Position numbers and translations under genes: made by a program
Assembly: GCF_032191835.1 (NCBI RefSeq)
Contig: NC_083225.1
Location: 99,138,001-99,202,000, forward strand
Length of the DNA: 64,000 bases
Reading direction: 5' to 3'
Source: Heteronotia binoei
Taxonomy: Eukaryota
Notes under the pieces: model-generated
Seen by the model: the letters and a program-made list of their open reading frames with translations, nothing else
Told to the model about the DNA's origin: nothing
Databases searched by the model: none
Shown here: piece after piece, positions 1 to 10,701 of the stretch
How positions within the stretch are numbered: the stretch's first letter is position 1
Layout: each line of letters opens with the position of its first letter

Positions 1-621
1 TCCCTCTCCCCCTCTTTGCAGCCAGCAGCTCCATTCCACGTGGCTTCCTCCACTTCCTGCTCCTCCACCTCCCTCCTCTATGCCTGCTGCTTTTGCTGCT
101 GCAGGGCACTGCGCCCTGCTCAGGTCTCCTGGCTCCACCTGCTGCTGATGATACTTTGCCATCTCAGCCATGGCAAAAAGAAAAAAAAAGAGTTCGTAAC
201 CTATCTGGAACAGTGAAAAACTGAAAACTGAAGCTATGGATCTTAGTGAGAAGTGCCTTGTCATGATTGGAGTTCAGAGAAAGCCTGGAAGGCGGAAACG
301 GGTTCTGAATTTCCGGATACCTCGTTTAGCTCTTATGCCATAAAATAGAAATTTTCTAAACATCTAAGAATCTACATTGACCAGCTGCAGGCCTGTAGCC
401 ACAGGGGGGCCTGTGGGGGCACTGCTCCCTGACTTCCAGGCAGGGACCCCTGACTCCTGGGGACTCTCCAGGGCACAGCTTACTTTTGTTTATCAACCAC
501 AAACTAAACATTGATTTTTAGTTTAGGTATATTTTTGGTGCATGAGAAACTTTAGCCATTTTCAGCTCAAGTAGATGCAAATGTATAGTTTCATCAAAAT
601 ATAAATTAATTACAGGAATAC

Positions 622-722
622 CTATCAAAAGATCGACTGTGTGAAGTGACTCTGCTGCTCTGGATTTCTCTAGTCAAATGCCACATTATAGAAAATCGAA
701 ACAGTGCCTCCAGCCTTGTTCC
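622..722 (-). CDS. DOP1B: DOP1B coding exon ([34 protein letters not shown]); gene continues left of the window
   Basis: 101 bp, cttaag|GGA...GATAG|gtattc. Confidence 0.96.
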
Positions 723-1754
723 CTTAAGCAGGAAAGAAACCCAAAACAATCAGAACAAGAATATGTTCATGTTACTTCTATGCATTCACACACATATCTG
801 AAATACCAAAGCAAACAACATTATTTAATGACAGTATAGAATCCGTCTCACAATGCAAAATTTGGGGAACCCACAAGGAGTTGGAATAAGAATCTAATAT
901 CTCCACCCCGACTACTTCTCTTCCAGGAAGCCCCCATGGCTCTTCCCTTTTTCCTGACTTCTTCTCTTTCCCATCCATCAGCCAATCTACAATTATCTGT
1001 CCACCCCGCCCCCCCATCTTTGGATTTCTCTCTCCTCAGCATTCTCTATGTGGGAAAACTATGGCCCAGTTTCATGGGACCAGCCACTGAGCCATGCTCA
1101 GTAGACTAGTGGGAAACTTGCAAGGACTTGTAGGAGGCATCTCAGTTCTAGGTGAGTGATTCTAGTTTCCTGGCCCCAGTTGCTGCTGGCTCTGGACCCA
1201 ATGACTCCTTGCTTAAAGGGTCAAAGAAAAAAAACCCATGTCATTGAGCTACAATCAATTCATGGTGACCCTCATCCACAGAGTGTTCCAGGCAAGAGAC
1301 AAGCAGAGATGCCTTGCCACTGCCTTCCTCTGCAGTCTTCCTTGGTGGTATCCATCCAAGCACTGACTGTGGCCAGCCCTGTTTAGCTTCCAAGCTTCAA
1401 TAAGCTTAGGCTAAGCTGGGCTATTCAGGCTGCTTAAAAACCAAAACAGCTGTGGAACTGGCCATGCTTCCTCTTCCTGCCTTTCATTTAAGCCTGAAGA
1501 CTGGCAATGCTGTGTAATTCCCTAAGCAATGGCCATTGAGGGTATCATATCTTAAAGATACAGGCACTGCTTCACTTTTTTTGGAGGGTTAACACCTCAG
1601 TGTGTGCGTGTGTGTATTTAAGATTCCAGATTTTTCTGCAAACCTGGGGCGTTTCCCAGCTTTGTAAAAAGATGTCTTGTCTGTTCATGGCTCCAAGCTC
1701 TAGATTTAAATATCCAGATTTGGCCATGCTGAGAACTGATATACTGATTGTCAC

Positions 1755-1831
1755 TTTATAAAGATATCCACACTTCTTTTTAATGCAACCTTTCCATAAG
1801 TTTTAAAAAGAAGTGTGGATATCTTTATAAA
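1755..1831. repeat. Perfect 29-bp inverted repeat with 19-nt spacer
   Basis: tttataaagatatccacacttctttttaa (1755-1783) is the exact reverse complement of 1803-1831. Confidence 0.95.
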
Positions 1832-3088
1832 AGTTTTACTTCAGTTACTTTGTTTTGTTGATCTAAGGACTACTACATTTTTCTTCTGCTTTCTGTTTTT
1901 CAAGAGATTTTAATATTTTGATTAGTACTAGGGAGACATCTAACTGCAGTCTTTTTATAGTACATCTCCTCACCTCCTGTTCTGCATTTCTGTCCAATAG
2001 CCTTTGGTGCACCCTGAAATCTAGATTGCAACCAGTATTATGTCATCCAATTGAGTGCAACATTATTTGCATTCTATTTAAACATTTAACAAGCTGCAGA
2101 CAAGAGATATTTCTCTCATGGCCTGAAACATCTCCCCCGCCCCAAAATTTTTTTGAACAGTCAACCTGCTAAAGATTTCTTGGGACTTGAAAGCCACACA
2201 CTGTTTCATGATATTTTGGTTGATCCTAACAAGATCATTGATATGACAGAACAAAAGTCTTTTCTGAGTTTCCCCATGCATAAATTACCACTCACTGTGC
2301 GCAATTTCTTCATTATAAAATTGTAGTCCACTGACATTTAAAAACTTGGAGAAAGACAGTAAAGCGAAATGTGGTTTATAAAGCGAATGCGACATCAAAG
2401 TAAAATAATTTTTGAGCCACTCCAAAGTAACTGCCAAGCCAGAGCCAGTGTGTGGAACAGAGAAAACCTTTTGCTTCTTCCCACTGAAGAGTGATCAAGA
2501 TTACTTGTCTGGAGGGGAAAAGAAGCAGGGATTCCTAGATTGAGCTGAGGCAGTATACATACACTAGACAAAAGAGCCAAGACATGAGCCTGAGAACAAT
2601 TTATGCCTCCCCTAGGAAACAGGCTATAAAAGAACTTCTTATTGCATCATGTCAATGACCCATTCAGCCTTATATCATCTATGATGACTGATAGCAACGC
2701 TCCAGGAATTCAAATAAAAATGTCTCAAAGCTTTGCTACCCAAAGTATGTTTTATATTTCTATTTCAAGCTAGACATTTGATGTGGGGTTCTTTATGTGC
2801 AAAGCTGAAGCTCTACTGAGCATGCTTATGAAACAGTATCACTTTGCAAATCATGATTTATGGGAAACAAGCAATTTGAGCTTTAATCTTATGGCATTTA
2901 ATATATAAAACAGCATTTAATACTTGGTATCTCTGTTTATTTGTTATATAGACCCTTTAACTGGAGGAAGGAGTGAGAAATCCTTAGCTGGTCTTAAAAG
3001 TAGAGACTGAAGAAGGAGGGGTTCCAAAAGCTGGAATATTACATTAGACTATACAATGCTTAATAAGGCATTGATCAACAAGTCTTAC

Positions 3089-3241
3089 TTTATCATGATC
3101 CAGTAATGCATGGCAGATAATGTCTTCACAAATATTAGCAGATGGAGCAAGACAATGCAGGCGGAAGAAAAGTTCTACACAAGTATTGTGATGTTCTCTT
3201 GTCTCTTTGTTCAGTTGATTCCAAAGGACCTGAGCAACTCT
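3089..3241 (-). CDS. DOP1B: DOP1B coding exon ([51 protein letters not shown])
   Basis: 153 bp, ttccag|AGA...AAA|gtaaga. Confidence 0.96.
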
Positions 3242-3711
3242 CTGGAATAAAATTGGAAATCAAATGAGCAGTTTACCAGACAATAAATCTCTGAAAGTTC
3301 TGCATTTCATGTTTTCCTATACTATATACAATCACACAGCACAGTGTTTATACATGCAAACAAGAAATGCAAGTAACACCAGGGGCAAGAAAGTAAAAAA
3401 CCAATGTTACTTCCATTTTTAAATGTAATATTTTTTATTTACATGACACAAAAGCCTGCAATTAGAAAGCAAAATATTTTGAGAGATTTCATATAAGACA
3501 ACCGGCTTAACATCAGCTTTCAGATTATGCTTTGCTTTCTGCCTGAGTATTATTCCATATTATACAGCCTGCAGTTCTAGGCACACTTACTTGGGAGTAG
3601 CCTCAGCTGAACCAAGTCAGAGTTCTGAGTCAACATGTATGGGAAGGGGCTACATATTATCTACAGAACAGTAACAATAATTGTGGTATACAGGACAAGT
3701 ATCCTCTAGAC

Positions 3712-4507
3712 CAGGGGTGTCAACATCCGGCCTGCAGGCCAAACCACTCCCAGAGGGCTTCAATCAGGCCCAGTGGGCTCTCTTCTCCCCCCTTCTGTCC
3801 TCACCCTGCAAAGCTTGGAGGCTTCCAAACCATCCCAACTCCTTCTGCCTTCTCTTTTAAGAGGCTAAAGCAGAAGCGAAGCTGCAACAAAAATGTGGAA
3901 TGGATTTCCCACTCAGGCTTATAGGCAGAGCAGACTGGAATGAGAAATATACCCCATGTTTTCCTTGTAACTTTGTTTCAACGGAGAGGTTTAACTTCCC
4001 AGCATTTCTACAGCCAGCTGGAGTTGTGTCAATGCAAATCAAGTGTGCATGCTCTGATTCAGCTTTGTCTTTTCTCAAATGGAGTGAGAACTAGTGCTTA
4101 GTGAATATTCTAACTTGGGAACCCAGAGCCAAAGGGGATATTACACTGGAGAGACATTGCTAATCTGAGTAGACCGTGGGGGGGGGGAAGCTTGATGAGA
4201 GCATTTTTTTTTAGTTTTCTGCTGTGTCATCCTTGTGCTTTTCCTTTATGTTTTATTTTTTTTTTAATTGCATTGCAAAATCCCACTATTCCCCTACCTT
4301 TCTGTTTTAAATTAAATTTTGCAAGAGTTTTAAGCATGTTTGTATATTAAGTTAAAAAAAATATTTTTAATTGTGTTTGCCTATGTCCTTTATAAAGTGT
4401 ACATCTCCTCTCTCTGGCATTATATTTTAGGACATGCATGGCTCAGCCCCACAAAGTCCCATTTATGTCAGATCCGGCCCTCCTAACAAATGAGTTTGAC
4501 ACCACTA
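3712..4507. mobile_element. Non-autonomous hAT DNA transposon (~800 bp)
   Basis: TIRs caggggtgtcaa / gtttgacaccacta; 8-bp TSD ctctagac/ctctaggc. Confidence 0.8.
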
Positions 4508-4586
4508 CTCTAGGCAATACACATCTACAGAACAATCCATATTGTGACTTGCAACAATTTTTAAGTGGAAAGATCAAGTGCAACAC

Positions 4587-4858
4587 CTGATAGAAATCAG
4601 TTTTTTCTGAAATCAGCTTTAGAATTCCAGGAGCAATGGGAGGAACTGTGACCATCTGCAATCTTCCAAAAAAAGGATTTTTCCCAGGTATTTTATAACG
4701 TTTTATTCTGTCTTCAATCACCAGTGCTAATGACTGAGAATGGTTGATTAAATCCAACAGCACAGAGATGGACACATTCTGAATATGACAGTCATTTACA
4801 CAGCAGCATATTGTCATTAGAGATTTGAGCCACAGGGGGGAACTGGATTCACAACCTC
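4587..4858 (-). CDS. DOP1B: DOP1B coding exon ([20 protein letters not shown]...[24 protein letters not shown])
   Basis: 272 bp, cctcag|GA...CAG|gtgttg. Confidence 0.96.
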
Positions 4859-4987
4859 CTGAGGAAAAACAGACAAATAATTCACTTATAACTTATGTAG
4901 GATCTTGTATTTACCAATATTTTTGCAGTGATCATTACATAAGCCAGTAAGAGATAACCATGTGTTAAATATAGGGGGTTTTTTGTG

Positions 4988-5028
<41 letters not shown>

Positions 5029-5373
5029 TAATAGTGAGCTAGAATATTAAGATGTGGACTACAACCCATTTGCCACCCTTCATATGGAAAGAGAGATCAC
5101 ACCTAACCTGATCATTTTCTACTTCTACCTTGTATATGCATGTAAGAGTACTAGCCCTTTCTGGGGCAATCCATTCCTGTATACTGATTAATCTTTGGTT
5201 GGATCTGTTATCTTCATATGCTTAATATGCCCTATTGCCACATTTTACAGCCTAAGGTATTACATGTTCATATGCAATTTCCATGGAAACCCCCTGCTTG
5301 CAATATAGATTTGTAATACATTCTTCTGTGACTGGAGGTTCCTGAAAATCCAATAACCAGAAGTTTCTCTTAC

Positions 5374-6061
5374 CAGGCACTTGAAAAAGAGAGAAATAGA
5401 GCTGTTCGGTTTCTTCCTCTGAAAGATAGACAGGAAATGTAGTGCAGTCCAGTAAGAGGTAGCATGCAGCAGCAAATGCCTCTCTACAGTCCTCTGTTGT
5501 GTCTCCCAAGTCCAGCATTACTTGGTCAATGTCCCACTCTTCCTCCTCTTTTCTCCTTTGACTATCAAGGTTGTCCAACGGACACTGAGATGCCAGTTCT
5601 TTCTGTTTAAAAGGTGATCCTCGAACTGTGAACAAGCCTGATAACATCTGCTTAAACTGAGGCACAGTGATTTGCTTTGAGTCCCATGAGCTCCTTTTCT
5701 TGCCAGCATTTTTAGTCACTTGATATTGGTTTTCTTTTTTCTCCTGTCCATTTGTGTGCTCTTTGGAAACACTGCCATTACTGGAGTCTTGCAAATGAAC
5801 CCCAAATACATATTTACTAGCAAACTTTGAAACTAATTCCTGGACACAGTACACAGTCTTCTGCATGTTCCCACCCTTTTTCCAGACATCATCTCTCTCA
5901 GGAGTTATCCTTGGCATTCTCAAGTGCTGTGACAGCTCTGGGGATGAAGCACTAAGACCTATGCCGCTGTCTTCAGACTTGAGTGGAGGAAAATGAACAT
6001 CTTCATTCTGAAAGACTTTGGTTTCTGAAGTTAGTTCATGGTTCTGTTCCTTTACAGGGCT
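5374..6061 (-). CDS. DOP1B: DOP1B large coding exon (SPVKEQN...PPLKSEDSGIGLSASSPELS...REAFAAACYLLLDCTTFPVYLSEEET...QVPG)
   Basis: 688 bp, tttcag|AGC...CCTG|gtaag; overlaps ORF 5252..5923. Confidence 0.96.
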
Positions 6062-6246
6062 CTGAAATTAGAAAAGACAGTATGTTTAATTCTAAACATG
6101 GATTTATTAACTTTATATAAGCATTCAAATTGAGTAAGAACAGACTAAAAAAAATCCTATGTTTACAGTTTATAGAGCAGAACTCAAACTAATGTGTATG
6201 CAGAATTGAGCCAGCACTTCAATCTCTCATTGTCTTTTAATGTAGC

Positions 6247-7987
6247 TGTGACGGAAAGCAATGGGTTAACCATAAACTGAAGACGCACAGGGCTGCGTCA
6301 GGTGACCTGAGGGTGGGGGCAAAGTGCTCAGAGCTCTCAGGGAGGGAAAAGAAGTTGAGTGAGAGAAACTGCTGAGGCAGTCGTTCAGTGAGTTGGCTTC
6401 TGACAGAGAAGGTGCCTGTCAGAGAAGTCTGTCAGTGGGGACCTGACAGAGACTGAGAGGGTCAGTTCGAGCCTGCCAGAAAGGCTGAGAGGACAGCTGA
6501 TCCTGTGAAGGAGCTTGAGGCGGAGACGGGGAAGTCTTCCAGACACTGCAAGCTCGACAAAACCAGCCAAGAGGGCTGTGTGTGTGTCAGAGGCGTCACT
6601 AGGGCAGGGCCAAGGGGGCCATTGGCCCCCCCTAGAGCATTCTCATTGGCCCCCTAGGGCTCTTTGAAGGCAGCAGGCGGCAAGCAATCACAGTCTTTAT
6701 TGGCGGGAGACGCGGGGAGGCTCTTTCAAGGCAGTGGCGAAGCGAGAGAAGGCCGGGAGGGAAGAGGAAAGCGCAGCTCTCTGCAGGCAGGCATCAGAGG
6801 GCGAGCAGGCAAACCAGGGAAGGGAGGACGTTGCGAGCCAACCAGCGAGGGAAAGGAGGCTTTAGACGCGCGGGGCGCAGGAGGGAAGGGAAGGGGGCAG
6901 GCAGGCAGAGAGCGAGGGAGTCCCTCACGCAGGAGGAAAACAGGCGGCATCGGCCGCGCTCGCAGCAGCAAGAGGAGGAGCAGGTGAGGGGTAGCGCAGG
7001 AGCATTGCCGGCAGTGCGCATGAGCGCCAGTGCTGAAGACTCCGCACCGCAGGCGCTGCTGCTGGCGGCGGGGGAGGAGGGGGCAGCAGGCGACGAGGAC
7101 CCGAAGCGGGCTTCTTTCTCGCTGGTTCTCGCCAGGTGCGCTGAGCTCCCCCAGCCGCCGCTCTCGGCTAGCAACTGGTCTTGCACAAGCCCGCGCCGCC
7201 GCCAGCACCTTGGGAGGGACGGACTGATGGAAGAAGTAGTTTGCAGGACGAGCAGCGCCTCTCCTCAAGTTTCGGGATGGTTACCGTCCCCAAATCTTTT
7301 GGCTTCTCCAGGCGGAGGCTTCCTTTGTTCGAACGCGAGGGATTTAGCACCTCTGGGCAGCGCACGAGGACTGCTGCTCTTCCCTCCGAGTCCGGCACAC
7401 TTGGCCCCAGGGTGCAACCGACTTGGCCCCAGGGTGCAACCCACGCACTTGGCCCCAGGGTGCAACCCACCCCAGTGACGCCACTGGTGTGTGTGAGTCA
7501 GTTAAGACCTGAACGGTCACAAACACCTAGAGACAACTCCGAAGATCTAGTGAAGTGGATGAGGGAGTGGATGTGGGTCTGAGACACCAAGAAGGGCTGA
7601 GAGAGAGAGACTCCAGTCGAGGGGTGAGACTAGACACATCAATCCCAAGAGGCCAGACCTTGGCTAGAGGTGGAGAGTGAGTTATAGGAAACTGTGAACT
7701 GTGTGACTGAGTAACCCAACAGAAAAGAAATTCAAGGAAGGAATAAGTTAATGTAAAGCTTGAAACAACTGAGCAACGTGTTAGCCTATGTAAATATCTC
7801 CCATATCCCCAGTTTAAAGACTTTGTGTTACAATAAATCTGTGGTTTAAGTTAAAGTTCTCAAGAGCTTATATTTTGTGGGAAGAACAAACAAAGCTGCT
7901 GTGGTCCCATCAAATAAACAAAGTAAAATACCCCGAAGAGACTGAAATGAAGAGGTCTAGTGAGGCCGTGAGGTGGGCGCTGCTATA
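6247..7987 (+). mobile_element. Solo LTR (probably Gypsy-type; ~834 bp after removing the nested hAT)
   Basis: Starts TGTGACGG; 5-bp TSD gtagc (6242-6246, 7988-7992); AATAAA near 7832; 3' end reads TA rather than CA. Confidence 0.7.
6588..7486. mobile_element. Non-autonomous hAT element with CpG-rich interior, nested in the solo LTR
   Basis: TIR cagaggcgtcactaggg vs rc cagtggcgtcactgggg (15/17); 8-bp TSD gtgtgtgt; three subterminal copies of cacttggccccagggtgcaacc (7398-7467). Confidence 0.8.
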
Positions 7988-8149
7988 GTAGCCTACCCCA
8001 TAGGGCTCTTATGAACAACAATATGAAAGTGGTAAAAAATCACATTTGGAGCTCCTTGGTCTAATTATACATACACATGAACACATACACACCATATATT
8101 ACTTTGTTTTTAATGTTTTTAACTGTTTAAATATTTAACTGTTTTATAC

Positions 8150-8252
8150 TTGAAATTGTTTAAATTTTATGTTTGATTAACTGTTGGAAGCCGCCCTGAG
8201 CCATTCGTGGGAAGGGCGGGATATAAATCCCAAATAAAATAAAATAAATAAA

Positions 8253-8285
<33 letters not shown>
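8150..8285 (+). repeat. 3' end of L2-type LINE with (AAAT)n tail, then (TA)n
   Basis: gccgccctgagcc...gggcgggatataaat is the same 3' motif as the long L2 at 52090-52165. Confidence 0.75.
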
Positions 8286-8287
<2 letters not shown>

Positions 8288-8699
8288 AGATGGAAAAGAG
8301 AAGGGATTCCTTCACAGTTTTATACGAACACATCATAACATCAGTAAAAAGTGTTGAACATTATATCTGAACTTGTATCACAGCAGACTCTATTAGTCAC
8401 TCTGACATTTCGACAGCAAACAACCAAACTCTGCTTTGTTTCTCATAGTTTCAAATTCTGACATCAGTTGCTTTTATATAAGAGACCTTCTACATAGATA
8501 AATAAATTACTGAAAATAAATGCTGCCTATTACTTATCTTCTTTCAAGAAGCTGAAAACTGATCTTTATGCCATCACAATCCTAGGTACATTTATAGGAA
8601 GTGAGTCACATTTTAATACAATTTACCTGAGGGTCAGAATGCTATTCATGCTGATTTTACACTCTCCATCACAGGTACTGGAACACTGCACATATCAAT

Positions 8700-8923
8700 C
8701 CTGTAGCACTTTAGAGACCACTGGTAAGCGGTACCAGTATTAGACCAGTAAGATTTTGGGGGTATGAGCTTTTGAGATTCAAAGCTCCCTTCATCAAGTA
8801 TCTGATGAAAGGAGCTCTGACTCTCAAAAGCTCATACTCTGAAAACTCTTGTTGGTCCCTAAGGTCCTAACGGACTAGAATCTGGCTGTTCTACTGCAGA
8901 CCAACACAGCTACCCTCTGAAAC
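8700..8923. mobile_element. Miniature palindromic Penelope-like element with decayed hammerhead motifs
   Basis: Inverted arms around 8800; ctgatgaa...ctctcaaaagctcatac core and ttgttggtccctaaggt tail typical of reptile Penelope pseudo-LTRs. Confidence 0.7.
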
Positions 8924-9214
8924 AGTGCTATACTAGAACACCCTTGCTGCTCAAGATATGTGAGGTGCATTAACCAGACTGATGGAAAAACTACCACAGG
9001 CATGAATTCGAACATGAAAGATCATAATGAACACTCATGTCACTATTCACAAGTTATGATACACATACTTATAGAACATATATCCAAAGTTCATTGAAAA
9101 AGTAGTGTGAAGTATCCCCCTACACCACAACAGTATCCCTGCAAACAAATAAATCAAAACTCTGTTGAACACAAAGCATATTAAATAGATATGAGAAAAT
9201 ATACTAACACCCAC

Positions 9215-9406
9215 CGTGTCTGAGCTTCCAGTTTCAGTACTTAGGTAGGCAGGAGGCATCTGTACTTTGCTAAGCACCTTGAAGCATGTCCTTAAGGCAT
9301 GAGTAAGCTCTGGCAAACTTAGAGTTTCCATGTTTTCAAGGAGAGACTGCACTATGTAGCTGAGCATCTGTGGCAGATACAGAGTCTGCACTTCTGAATA
9401 AAGTTC
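9215..9406 (-). CDS. DOP1B: DOP1B coding exon ([15 protein letters not shown]...[33 protein letters not shown])
   Basis: 192 bp, ttttgtag|GAA...ACG|gtgggt; a phase-0 donor is required by the next exon (SPVK...). Confidence 0.94.
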
Positions 9407-9779
9407 CTACAAAAAAAAAAAAAGGATTTCAAGCCATTAAATATTTAAGTCTGGTACATTTAGAAACTGATTCCTACATATTCTAAATATAAGTTTCCTA
9501 GAATCTACAGACCTTCAAAGATGATAAAAGCTTTAGAGTAAGAAAACTTGGAAACACATGACAAAGCTGTGCATAAGACAGCAGACATAATACTACTTCT
9601 AGATGCAGTCAGTACAGTAGTAGACAGACAGACATAACCTTTATAACAAAAAAGAAAAACAAGGTCCAAAGGGATTTCAAAATGGGACATACAAACCACA
9701 GTAATTTGCAAGCCCAACTAGCATGGGAATACAAGGTTACACACAAAACTTAGCTAAGAAAAGTGGGGCAAGGTATTTC

Positions 9780-10701
9780 CCTACCTGACTCCATTTTTAA
9801 TTTCTTTCTCATTCACTGCTAGGGCCAGAAATTCTGCAACTTGATCAGTAATTGAGGGACATTTGTCAGCCAACAAAAGCTCAATCCTTTTGCTAGTCAC
9901 CAAGTTGGGGGTTAAGAGGAGAGGTTTGATCAGGCGCCATTTGGTGCTGGGAAAGTAACAGGCAGTCCAGTAGAATGTGCTGTATAGTCAGGTTCTTTAC
10001 CACATCTGCACTGCCTCTGTTCGTAAGGGATATCCTTATATCTACCACAGACCACGGACGATGGAAATATGTTGAGTCTGGCCAACATAAAAAACTTGGT
10101 GTTGATGTGGGCTTATTAGATTTGAGAAGTACTTAGCCATGCAAATTTGGGAAGGGGGAAGGTCCAAGAGGGTGAGCATGTACCCCTTGCTTCAGCAATT
10201 GTTAATTGGGAGTCAGTATCCAGTATTATCCTGCGGATCAAGTGAAATATATAAGTTTTACTGCAGTTTGTCAATGAATCTAGATCGATACCAATTGATT
10301 TAATTTTCTTGAGTACTGAACAGAACCAGTTAGGGGTAAAAGGGTCTGCAAGTAAAAGAGAAATCAGACTGTTGGGTAAGGGGTGGAAATGGAGGTGGAG
10401 CCAGTATTTGATTGTGATAATCCAGATTCTAGACTCTACTGTGTGAGGACCCAATTCGGCACACAGGGTGGGATAACGCACTGAGTTGGGAATGCCCAGG
10501 ATGTGGTGTAAAAAAGAAGCTGTGGTTTTTTCAGTTTTTTTGCTGAAACACTGAAACCACACAGGGATCCCATAGAGTAGCTGAGAAAGTAGCGTGGCGT
10601 GAAAAATTTGCAAAGCGGCTGGGACAAATTGATTGCTTTTTTGATAACGCCAATAGCTTGTTCTTGGCCATAAGAAGGGCATGATCACGATGCATGCACC
10701 A
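9780..10701 (-). mobile_element. RTEX-like LINE copy B, 3' part (post-RT region and Cys/His C-terminus)
   Basis: ORF 10116..10706 (LLYGIPVW...IKYWLHLHF) and GRYKDIP..RQCRC..HILLDC; rejoins 23481-24560 across a 13-bp TSD. Confidence 0.75.

Noticed and set aside
6664-7582. Cluster of overlapping 60-215 aa ORFs on both strands
   Set aside because: Low-complexity Arg/Gly/Ala/Pro products expected from stop-poor GC-rich DNA inside the hAT cargo; no recognisable domain.
9211-9214. Alternative donor GTGG|gtgtta for the 9215-9406 exon
   Set aside because: Gives phase 1, while the next exon starts in phase 0; ACG|gtgggt is also the better consensus.
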